Shown piece after piece: positions 9,232 to 16,813 of a stretch of 64,000 bases of DNA. The notes below the pieces were generated by a model. That model did no database searches, was not told the DNA's origin, and saw only the letters and a program-made list of their open reading frames with translations. This stretch comes from an uncultured virus (IMG/VR IMGVR_UViG_3300033068_001577) (Duplodnaviria; Heunggongvirae; Uroviricota; Caudoviricetes): the IMG/VR virus record IMGVR_UViG_3300033068_001577; one strand, 5' to 3'. Position numbers and translations under genes: made by a program. Within the stretch, counting starts at the first letter, position 1. Every line of letters begins with the position of its first letter.

Positions 9232-9444
9232 ATGAACCTCGACAGTCTCAACCGAGGCGACAAGTACGACCTGCATATCCTGCTCTTCGGCGCCGAGCTC
9301 GACGTGCTCGACGCCCTGTGCATCCGCTACAACTGCAGCCGGGCCGCCGTCATCGGCGCCATGCTCCGCGACGCCGTGGAGAAGGATCTCTCCGGCCACA
9401 TCCCACCCACCAAGACGCCCGGCGTTCGCCCGCGGCGCCGCTGA
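9232..9444 (+). CDS. small ribbon-helix-helix-like protein
   Basis: LDVLDALCIRYNCSRAAVIGAML resembles CopG/RHH helices. Confidence 0.45.
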   Translation: MNLDSLNRGDKYDLHILLFGAELDVLDALCIRYNCSRAAVIGAMLRDAVEKDLSGHIPPTKTPGVRPRRR

Positions 9445-9455
9445 AAGGAACCACC

Positions 9456-9860
9456 ATGGACCCTCGTGAATATCATATCCTCCTTGCCACGACGCAGATC
9501 ACCTGTTCCTGGATCAGCGGCCGCCCGGACATCTCCCCGACGGACGTCACCGACTTCCTCCGCCAGGTTCGCGCGGCTTTGCATGGCGAGCCGAGCGCGA
9601 CCACACCCGTTGCCGAAGAACCGCCGCGCATCCTGACGCCCAAGGAGATGAAGGACTCGATCACGGCCGAGTACCTGATCAGCTTCGAGGACGGGAAGTC
9701 CTACCGCACCATGAAGCGTCACCTCGCCAGGCACGGCCTGACGGCCGAGCAGTACCGCGCCAAGTGGGGCCTGCCCGACAACTACCCTATTACGGCTCCG
9801 GCATATTCTTTGCGCCGGTCGGAGATGGCCAAGGCCAACGGGCTCGGGGTGAAGAAATGA
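9456..9860 (+). CDS. mucR: MucR/Ros family regulator
   Basis: SIT.EYLISFEDGKSYRTMKRHL..HGLT.EQYRAKWGLP..YP..AP.YS..RS..AK..GLG; AAGGA RBS. Confidence 0.92.
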   Translation: MDPREYHILLATTQITCSWISGRPDISPTDVTDFLRQVRAALHGEPSATTPVAEEPPRILTPKEMKDSITAEYLISFEDGKSYRTMKRHLARHGLTAEQYRAKWGLPDNYPITAPAYSLRRSEMAKANGLGVKK

Positions 9861-10045
9861 AGCCCGATCGCTACCGCCTCGAGAGCGTCGGCGGCATGAC
9901 CTATGCACTGATCGACAACGTCGTCGGGTCTGTCCCTATCGCGCACTACACGGCGACGCCACGCAACGTTGCGCTGATCCCCGACGCCGAACTGGCGCAG
10001 CGCATCTGCGCGCTGCTGAACGATGACGAGAGGAAGCGGGCATGA
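9857..10045 (+). CDS. hypothetical protein
   Basis: ATGA overlaps at both ends. Confidence 0.55.
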   Translation: MKPDRYRLESVGGMTYALIDNVVGSVPIAHYTATPRNVALIPDAELAQRICALLNDDERKRA

Positions 10046-11214
10046 CAGCCATCGACCACACCGCCCGCGCCCATTCCAGCGTCGGCGGCTCCAGCGCCAA
10101 GCGCGTCATGGAATGCCCCGGCTCCATGCTGCTGTGCGAGCAGTACCCCTCGCAGGGCAGCGAGTTCGCCGACGAGGGCACGGCCGGCCATGAGGCCATC
10201 GACATGATCCTGCAGGGCAAGACCCGCAACGATCGCGACGTGATCGGGCTGACGTTCAACAAGATCGTCATCACCGAGGAGTTCTTCGAGGACGCCATCG
10301 CCCCGGCGCTGGCGATCTTCGACGCGCTCGACAAGGAACTGGGCGGCATCGACTTCTTTAACGAGCAGCGCGTCGTGTTCCCGGGTATCGAAGGGGCCTT
10401 CGGCACGGTCGACATCGTCGGCAAGGCTCGCGACCGGACCATCGTCCTCGACTGGAAGCTCGGCAAGGGCGTGCCGGTCAGCGCCGAGGAGAACGTGCAG
10501 CTGCTCTACTATGCCTATGCCGCCGCGCATACCGAACCGACCAGTCAGTTCTTCGACCGCGACACGCCGATCGAGCTGTTCATCGTCTCGCCGCGCATGA
10601 ACGAAGGCGACCCGATGACGCGCTGGATGACGAGCTATCTGCAGCTCGACGCCTTCGCCATCGATCTCAAGCACGCCGTCGAGCGGGCGTTGGAACCGGA
10701 CGCACCGTTCAAGCTCGGCCCGCACTGCCGCTTCTGCAACGGCAAGGTCGGCTGTCCGCTCTACAACAACATGGCGAGCGGCGCCCTGGCGCTGACACCC
10801 GAGCAACTGGCCGAGCAGCTGGCCGAGAAGCTCCCCTATGCCGACGCCATGATCGATCTCGGCAAGCGGCTCAAGGACATGGCGCACGCCCTGCTTGAGC
10901 AGGGCCAGCCGGTGCGCGGCTACAAGTTGGTCAACGGCCGGAACATGCGCCAGTGGCGCGACGAGGACAAGACGATCAAGTATCTGGCCAAGGTCGGCCT
11001 CCCGGCCGCTGACCGTCATGTCAAGAAGATTGTCAGCCCCAAGCAGGCCGAAGACGCCTTGAAGCGCAACGGCCTTCCTGCTGAACTGCCAGCCCACCTC
11101 GTCGAATCCGTCTCGAGCGGCACCACGCTCGCCCCGGAAAGCGACAAGCGCCCGGCCGTGATGCTGGCGCCACAGGCACTGAAACTGCTGGCCGACCGTC
11201 TATCGGCCGGCTGA
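10042..11214 (+). CDS. DUF2800-like PD-(D/E)XK exonuclease (Cas4-like)
   Basis: HS..GGSSA.R..ECPGS, ADEGT..HE, FGTVD, VLDWKLG, NVQL..YA, G.HCRFC; sits before ssb and polA. Confidence 0.85.
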   Translation: MTAIDHTARAHSSVGGSSAKRVMECPGSMLLCEQYPSQGSEFADEGTAGHEAIDMILQGKTRNDRDVIGLTFNKIVITEEFFEDAIAPALAIFDALDKELGGIDFFNEQRVVFPGIEGAFGTVDIVGKARDRTIVLDWKLGKGVPVSAEENVQLLYYAYAAAHTEPTSQFFDRDTPIELFIVSPRMNEGDPMTRWMTSYLQLDAFAIDLKHAVERALEPDAPFKLGPHCRFCNGKVGCPLYNNMASGALALTPEQLAEQLAEKLPYADAMIDLGKRLKDMAHALLEQGQPVRGYKLVNGRNMRQWRDEDKTIKYLAKVGLPAADRHVKKIVSPKQAEDALKRNGLPAELPAHLVESVSSGTTLAPESDKRPAVMLAPQALKLLADRLSAG

Positions 11215-11299
11215 GAAATTCGCGGGACCTCCTGCGCATCCGTCGCCCCGACGGTCTCGGGGCACAGCCGGAAGGCTGACAAGGAAGAAGGAATACGGA

Positions 11300-12070
11300 A
11301 TGAACGATCTTGCTCCCCGCTTCGGCGGAGGCACCGGCCTGATCTCTCGCGACGATCTGGCCCGCTCGCTCAACAACGTCGCCACGGCGGCGCCTCGCGT
11401 TGGCGGCGACAAGCAGTACCTGAAGATGGACAAGGGCAACGGCGACTGGGTCTACGGCCAGGAAGAGACCGTGGTCGAGGAGGGTAGCCTGTGGGCCATC
11501 AACCCGGCCAGCCTGACCTACGGCTATATCAGCTGGGACGCGAACCAGCAGGTCGAAGGCGAGGTGATGGTGTCGATCAGCCGGCCACTGCCGGATCCGT
11601 CGGCGCTGCGCACCCAGGCCCCTGACGGCCAGACGACTGGCGAACATGGCTGGCAGTTCCAGCAGTCCGTCGATCTTGTCTGCGTCAGCGGCGAGGACGT
11701 CAGTGTCGAGTGCCAGTACAAGCAGTCGTCCGTCGGCGCCCGCAAGCTGTTCGCCGGGCTGACCGACGCCCTTGCCGGCCAGCTGGCCAAGGGCTCCGAC
11801 GCCATCGTGCCGATCATCCGCATGGCGTCCGACAGCTACAAGCACAAGAAGTGGGGGCGCATCTTCAACCCCCTCTTCGAGATCGTCGAGTGGCGCACGC
11901 TCGACGACAGCAGCAAGCCGACCGCGGCCGAGCCGGCGCCCGCTGCCAAGGCGGCCGCCAAGACCGTCGAGGCCCCTGCCGATGAGGTCGAAGAGGCCGA
12001 GATCGAGCAGGAATACGTCGAGGCCCAGACCGAAGCCTCGCCGGCCCCCCGCCGTCGGGTTCGGCGCTAG
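11300..12070 (+). CDS. probable single-stranded DNA-binding protein
   Basis: Between exonuclease and polA; YLK..K..G.WVYG...SYKHKKWGRIF.P; acidic low-complexity tail. Confidence 0.65.
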   Translation: MNDLAPRFGGGTGLISRDDLARSLNNVATAAPRVGGDKQYLKMDKGNGDWVYGQEETVVEEGSLWAINPASLTYGYISWDANQQVEGEVMVSISRPLPDPSALRTQAPDGQTTGEHGWQFQQSVDLVCVSGEDVSVECQYKQSSVGARKLFAGLTDALAGQLAKGSDAIVPIIRMASDSYKHKKWGRIFNPLFEIVEWRTLDDSSKPTAAEPAPAAKAAAKTVEAPADEVEEAEIEQEYVEAQTEASPAPRRRVRR

Positions 12071-12073
12071 GCC

Positions 12074-12343
12074 ATGGCCGACGCGGACGAAGGCTCGCGG
12101 ACAGTGGCGATCGGAGGCAACTCCGGCCGCCAGCTCAAGGCGTATTTCGAGCGCATCGAGAAGCTGGCCGAAGAAAAGAAGGCCATCCAGGACGACATCA
12201 AGGACGTGTTCCTTGAAGCCAAGCTGGCCGGCTTCGACCCCAAGATCATGCGCATTCTCCTGCGCCGCCGCGCCATGGCCAAGGCCGAGCGTGACGAGCA
12301 GGACGCCCTGATCGAGACCTACGAGAACGCCGTCGACGGCTGA
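12074..12343 (+). CDS. gapR: GapR/DUF2312 family DNA-binding protein
   Basis: QLKAYFERIEKLAEEKKAIQDDIKDVFLEAK..GFDPKIMR..LR.R...ER.EQ.A..E.Y. Confidence 0.9.
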   Translation: MADADEGSRTVAIGGNSGRQLKAYFERIEKLAEEKKAIQDDIKDVFLEAKLAGFDPKIMRILLRRRAMAKAERDEQDALIETYENAVDG

Positions 12344-12364
12344 CGCCCGGTCGCTTTGACGGTT

Positions 12365-12397
12365 GAAGGCGGCGGTGCAAGCTGCCGCCTTCTGTTT
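12365..12397 (+). terminator. intrinsic terminator
   Basis: Stem GAAGGCGGCGG/CTGCCGCCTTC followed by TGTTT. Confidence 0.55.
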
Positions 12398-12414
12398 GCA
12401 CTAGAGGACCTGCC

Positions 12415-13827
12415 ATGCCCTTCGCCTTCATCGACTTCGAAACGCAGTCGCTCGCCGATCTCCCCGAGGTCGGCACGCTCAACTACGTGCTTGATGCCAG
12501 CACGCGCCCGTTGCTGCTGAGCTGGGCCGTCGACGACGGGCCGACGAAACTGTGGTGTCCGGACCTCGGTCCCGAGCTCGTGCCCGAGGTGTGGGCCTAC
12601 GTGCGGGGGCGCATGTCCGTCATCGAGACGGTGCCGCCCGATCTCGTCGAACTGCTAGGCCGGCCCGACGGTTACCTCTGCGCCCACAATATTTCGTTTG
12701 ATCGTCAGGTATGGCAGCAGATCGCGACGCCCGACTTTGGTTTCCCCGAGATCCGCATTGAACAAACATTGTGCAACCAAGCCCAGTCGCAAGCGAGTAA
12801 CCTTCCCGGCCGCCTCGACTGGGCCGGGCGGAAGCTCGGCCTCGGCGGCAAGACCCAGGGCGGCAAGGGCAACATGCTGCGCTTCGCCCGGCGCGGTGAG
12901 CCGTTGCCCGGATCGCCGGCCGACATCGAAGCCTTGATGGCGAAAGGCAAGACGCGCCAGCAGGCAATCGACATCGCCATCGAAGCCTGGGCCTTGTACC
13001 TCGACTATTCGGTGCAGGACACCGACCTCTTGCGCGACGTCTGGCGCTGCACCCGGCCTTTGGACGCCGCCGAGTGGCAGGAATACTGGGTTTCGGAACG
13101 CATCAACGACCGGGGCATGCTGGCCGATCTCGATGTGTGTCGCGGCGCCATGGCCTATCGCGAGGAAGAAGCGCGGCATGTCGAGGATGAATGCAAGCGC
13201 CTGACCGACGGCGTCATCACGGCGCCGACCCTGACCAAGCAGATCAACGAATGGTTGTACGAACGCCTGCCCGACGATCTCGCCATCGGTATGGTCAAGG
13301 AAGCTGACGCCGAGACGGGCGCAGCCGTGCGCCTGACCGGCGCCAAGGATGTGATCGGTCGGCTGCTGGAAGATGCGCGCGACTCGGACACGCCGCCCGA
13401 GGACCGTGTCATCGAGTTCCTCGAGATGCTGCAGTTCGGTCGCGCCTCGTCGTCGGTGAAGTTCGAGAAGATCCTCAGGCAGTCGGTTGATGGGCGTCTC
13501 GGCGGCTCGTACGTTTTCAACGGCGCCGGGCAGACGGGGCGGTACTGTCTTGCGGAAGGCAGCATGATCTTAGTGCGCAACGCAGTCGGTATCGTAGAAG
13601 ACCGACCTATCGAGCAGGTGACCCCCGATGACGAGGTGTGGGACGGTCACGAGTGGGTGGCGCATGAAGGGGTTGTGTTTAGCGGCGTTAAGGACGTGTT
13701 CGAATACGATGGCGTAACGGCGACGGCCGACCATAAGGTGTTTGTATCAGATACAGAATATACTACCTTGCGCGACGCGGCTCAACGTGGCACACCGATC
13801 GTTAAAGGAGTGCGTTCATGTTCATAA
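12415..13827 (+). CDS. polA: family A DNA polymerase, N-terminal fragment fused to split-intein N half
   Basis: Exonuclease motifs IDFET, AHNISFD, Y..QD; INDRG; ends GAGQTGRY followed by intein N-terminal blocks and a stop. Confidence 0.92.
   Translation: MPFAFIDFETQSLADLPEVGTLNYVLDASTRPLLLSWAVDDGPTKLWCPDLGPELVPEVWAYVRGRMSVIETVPPDLVELLGRPDGYLCAHNISFDRQVWQQIATPDFGFPEIRIEQTLCNQAQSQASNLPGRLDWAGRKLGLGGKTQGGKGNMLRFARRGEPLPGSPADIEALMAKGKTRQQAIDIAIEAWALYLDYSVQDTDLLRDVWRCTRPLDAAEWQEYWVSERINDRGMLADLDVCRGAMAYREEEARHVEDECKRLTDGVITAPTLTKQINEWLYERLPDDLAIGMVKEADAETGAAVRLTGAKDVIGRLLEDARDSDTPPEDRVIEFLEMLQFGRASSSVKFEKILRQSVDGRLGGSYVFNGAGQTGRYCLAEGSMILVRNAVGIVEDRPIEQVTPDDEVWDGHEWVAHEGVVFSGVKDVFEYDGVTATADHKVFVSDTEYTTLRDAAQRGTPIVKGVRSCS
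13546..13824 (+). mobile_element. split intein, N half (93 aa)
   Basis: Starts CLAEGSMILV (block A); contains TATADHKV (block B TxxH); followed by TAA. Confidence 0.88.
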
Positions 13828-14780
13828 TCTACAAAATCGTTTCACCCTCCGGTAAATGCTACGTCGGGATGACCAAGCTCAAGCTAAGCGACCGGTGGGA
13901 CGCGCATTGCACTCGAGCTTTTCGTGCCGGGCGTAAGAACCATCCTTTCTGTTGCGCTATTCGAAAGTATGGGAAGGCAGCGTTTAGCAAAGAGGTGCTG
14001 GAGCAGGTCGCAGATATAGACGAAGCCAAGGCAGCGGAGATTCGCTGGATCGCTTTCTTTCGTAGCTCAGAACGCAGCTATGGATACAACATCTCCGCCG
14101 GCGGCGACTACGACAGCGAAACCGGTAAGTTGGCTATGCGTGAGAAACGTAAAGACCCCGAGTTCGACGCTCGATACAGGGCTAATCTCTCCGCGTCGTT
14201 ACGCAACCGCGCACCGGAAAGCTACGCGGTCCTTCTTGCGAAGGCCAAAGAATGGCGGGCTGAGAACCCTCGACAAGTGTACGAGAATGGCCGCCGCGCG
14301 GTACGGATCGCGACGGCCGCGCAAGGGCGTGACTGGAGCGGCGTGCCTGGGGCAGGTAAGCGCATGCGAGGTACGTGGGGACGGCTTTGGCTACCAAGTA
14401 CGAAGGTAGAGAAGGCTCGACGCGCGTACTTTACCAAGCAAAGAGTGCGCGCTTCATGGGCAACTCTTGACGCGCAAGAGAGAAATAATAGAGGCGAGTC
14501 TATATCAAGAGCTAAAATAACAGCGAACGCAAGTTTGACTAGCGAGCAGAAAAAAGTAAGGGCGGAACAATTAGCATTAGCCCGTAGCAAAGTTGATAGG
14601 TCTAAACAGGCCGTCGCGGCTAGTGCGGGGCAGAAGACTTGGTGGGTTAATCTTCGAAAAGATCCTGAACGATACGCTACGTACATAGAGGCACGCCGTG
14701 CAAAACTTCTCAGTAACCTTAAGGCCAAGTCCGACATTCGACATCGTGAACGCGGGTCCGAGGAATCGGTTCACGACTAA
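13818..14780 (+). CDS. free-standing GIY-YIG homing endonuclease between the split-intein halves
   Basis: IIYKI...YVGMT...RW..H...IRKYG...E..WI...GYN; own AAGGAG RBS; lower GC than flanks. Confidence 0.88.
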   Translation: MFIIYKIVSPSGKCYVGMTKLKLSDRWDAHCTRAFRAGRKNHPFCCAIRKYGKAAFSKEVLEQVADIDEAKAAEIRWIAFFRSSERSYGYNISAGGDYDSETGKLAMREKRKDPEFDARYRANLSASLRNRAPESYAVLLAKAKEWRAENPRQVYENGRRAVRIATAAQGRDWSGVPGAGKRMRGTWGRLWLPSTKVEKARRAYFTKQRVRASWATLDAQERNNRGESISRAKITANASLTSEQKKVRAEQLALARSKVDRSKQAVAASAGQKTWWVNLRKDPERYATYIEARRAKLLSNLKAKSDIRHRERGSEESVHD

Positions 14781-14799
14781 TGGGCGTATTGTTTCGAAT
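14698..14799 (+). mobile_element. split intein, C half (34 aa)
   Basis: TFDIVNAGPRNRFTTNGRIVSN then Ser+1; splicing restores the PolA motif TGRY-SSRGVQVHNLP. Confidence 0.85.
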
Positions 14800-16767
14800 T
14801 CATCGCGCGGAGTCCAGGTCCACAACCTGCCACGCGACGCCTTCAAAAACGAGCTCGACCTGTTGGATATGCTGGCGGCGCAGGCACCGATCGAACAGCT
14901 GCGCGCCTTCGGGCCAGTCAGCGCCACGCTCTCGAAGCTGATCCGCCCGACCTTCATCGCGCCGGAAAAGAAGCTGCTCGTCTGGGGCGACTGGTCTGCC
15001 ATCGAGGCGCGGGTCAATCCGTGGCTGGCCGCCAGCCGCGACGCGGAAGAGGCAGTGCTGACACCGTTCCGCAACGGCGACGATCTCTACATCCTCGACG
15101 CTGCTTCTATTTTTAACGTGGACCCGGCCGCGCTGTATGAGCGCTACAAGTCAGGGGACAAAGAGGCCAAGTCTATGAGGCAGGCCGGTAAGGTGGCGTG
15201 CATAGCCGCTGGGCAAAAAGTCCTGACAGACGTAGGTCTTGTGCCGATAGAAGATGTCACCCTTGACATGCGCGTGTGGGACGGGCAAAGTTTTGTCTCG
15301 CATCAGGGTTCTATGTTTAAGGGGTACAAGGATGTCTGGGAGTATGACGGGCTCATCGCCACCCTCGACCACGTCGTCTGGACAGAAGAAGCGGGCGCCA
15401 CCAAGTTCGGTGAAGCGATCCGACGCGGTCAACATCTCGTTAAATCCGGCGCAGGTCGGGCAGCGGTTCGGCTGGCTGGAGATCATCTCCCCAGAGCGTC
15501 TGTACCTTCGACCGAAATGGGTCATGTGCTATGTGCTGTGCCGATGCACGGGCTGCGGCGAAGAGAAGTACGTCTACCTGGGGAACCTGCAGCAAGGAAA
15601 AACGCAAGGCTGCCAGCACTGTTCGCAGCCACGGCAGATACCGAAATGGCTGGACCGTCGGCTGACTGCCGCCAAGGCGCGATGCACAAACCCGAACGAC
15701 CAAGCGTGGAAGTGGTATGGAGCCCGTGGAATCGAGTTCCGGTTTTCATCCGTGCTGGAAGCGGGGCTTTGGATACAGGCGAACATAGGGCTGCGCAAAG
15801 ACTTGGAGATCGACCGCATCGACATGAACGGGCACTACGAACCCGGCAACATTCGGTGGGCGACCGAGCATCAGCAGCAATCAAACAAGCGGGATTCGAA
15901 ACTCGCGGAGAACTGGGTCTTCATTCAGAGCGAGTGGCCTTACGCCAAGCTCACGACATACCACAAGCTACTGCAGGGCTTCACTCGCGAGGAGATCATT
16001 CAGCAGGCGCGCGACGCCGTGGAGGAACGCCGGAAGGCGTGGCCCACTATCGCGGCAAGGTTGCAGTCTATGACATCCTCAACGCTGGACCCCTACACCG
16101 GTTTACCGTATCCGACCGCCTTGTCCACAACTGCCTAGCGCTGGGCTTCCTCGGTGGCGTCGGCGCCCTCAAGGCGATGGCGCGCGGCTATGGCATGCGC
16201 CTGTCGGATGAAGAGGCCAAGGCCATCGTCGATGGTTGGCGCGACCGCAACCGCTGGGCCCGGCGCTTCGGCATCAAGTGCGAGGAGGCCGCCTTCGCAG
16301 CGATCAGTTCTCCGGGCTCGATGCACAAGGCCGGGCTGGTTAGCTACCAGTACGCGCCGGGGCTGATGGCCGGGACGCTCGTGGCATTCCTGCCCGACGG
16401 CCGGCCGATCGTTTACCCGATGGCCAGGATCGAAAAGGTCGAGCGCTTCGGCAAGGAGCAGAACGCCATCACCTACCTCAACGGCATGGGCCGGCGTTCA
16501 CTTTGGTTGGGCCTCCAGGTGGAAAATTTGGTACAAGCATCTGCCGCTTCGATCCTGCGCCAGACCCTCCTCCGTCTTGAGGACGACCCCGAGGCCGAAA
16601 CTGTCGGGCACACACATGATGAAGTGATCGGCGAGGTTGACGAGACTAAGGCTAGTGGCTTTGCCGAGCGCCTGCACAGCGTTATGGTGAAGGGCTTTGA
16701 CTGGACCGAGGGTCTGCCGCTCGCCGCCGAGATCTCGCAGTCCTGGTACTATTCGAAGCTCGTATGA
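14698..16767 (+). CDS. polA: family A DNA polymerase, C-terminal fragment (split-intein C half, polymerase domain, second intein)
   Basis: Motif A DWSAIEAR, motif B RQAGK..(intein)CLALGF, ENLVQA, motif C HTHDEV; GTG start with GAGG 6 nt upstream and in-frame TAG at 14686. Confidence 0.92.
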   Translation: MQNFSVTLRPSPTFDIVNAGPRNRFTTNGRIVSNSSRGVQVHNLPRDAFKNELDLLDMLAAQAPIEQLRAFGPVSATLSKLIRPTFIAPEKKLLVWGDWSAIEARVNPWLAASRDAEEAVLTPFRNGDDLYILDAASIFNVDPAALYERYKSGDKEAKSMRQAGKVACIAAGQKVLTDVGLVPIEDVTLDMRVWDGQSFVSHQGSMFKGYKDVWEYDGLIATLDHVVWTEEAGATKFGEAIRRGQHLVKSGAGRAAVRLAGDHLPRASVPSTEMGHVLCAVPMHGLRRREVRLPGEPAARKNARLPALFAATADTEMAGPSADCRQGAMHKPERPSVEVVWSPWNRVPVFIRAGSGALDTGEHRAAQRLGDRPHRHERALRTRQHSVGDRASAAIKQAGFETRGELGLHSERVALRQAHDIPQATAGLHSRGDHSAGARRRGGTPEGVAHYRGKVAVYDILNAGPLHRFTVSDRLVHNCLALGFLGGVGALKAMARGYGMRLSDEEAKAIVDGWRDRNRWARRFGIKCEEAAFAAISSPGSMHKAGLVSYQYAPGLMAGTLVAFLPDGRPIVYPMARIEKVERFGKEQNAITYLNGMGRRSLWLGLQVENLVQASAASILRQTLLRLEDDPEAETVGHTHDEVIGEVDETKASGFAERLHSVMVKGFDWTEGLPLAAEISQSWYYSKLV
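15199..16131 (+). mobile_element. contiguous intein (311 aa) in polymerase motif B
   Basis: CIAAGQKVLT...ATLDHVVW...VYDILNAGPLHRFTVSDRLVHN then Cys+1; removal restores RQAGKVA-CLALGFLGG. Confidence 0.92.
15410..16138 (+). CDS. HNH-like homing endonuclease encoded in the +1 frame inside the intein
   Basis: GQRFGWL..CRCTGCG..GCQHC..ARCTNPN..WYGARGI..EIDRIDMNGHYEPGNIRWAT..QQSNKR; start uncertain (GTG 15410 or ATG 15254). Confidence 0.82.
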   Translation: MKRSDAVNISLNPAQVGQRFGWLEIISPERLYLRPKWVMCYVLCRCTGCGEEKYVYLGNLQQGKTQGCQHCSQPRQIPKWLDRRLTAAKARCTNPNDQAWKWYGARGIEFRFSSVLEAGLWIQANIGLRKDLEIDRIDMNGHYEPGNIRWATEHQQQSNKRDSKLAENWVFIQSEWPYAKLTTYHKLLQGFTREEIIQQARDAVEERRKAWPTIAARLQSMTSSTLDPYTGLPYPTALSTTA

Positions 16768-16813
16768 GCGCCGCGCCGGCTCCAACGGGCGCGCACCAAG
16801 GGGACACCGCCGC

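Noticed and set aside
10042..11214. Cas4 of a CRISPR system
   Set aside because: Sits in the usual exonuclease-ssb-polA phage module; no array or other cas genes
13828..14697. Group I intron or pseudogene as the explanation for the polA interruption
   Set aside because: Matching intein halves flank the gap, the second fragment has its own RBS and start, and all catalytic motifs are intact; no intron core was recognised, though RT-PCR is needed to exclude it formally
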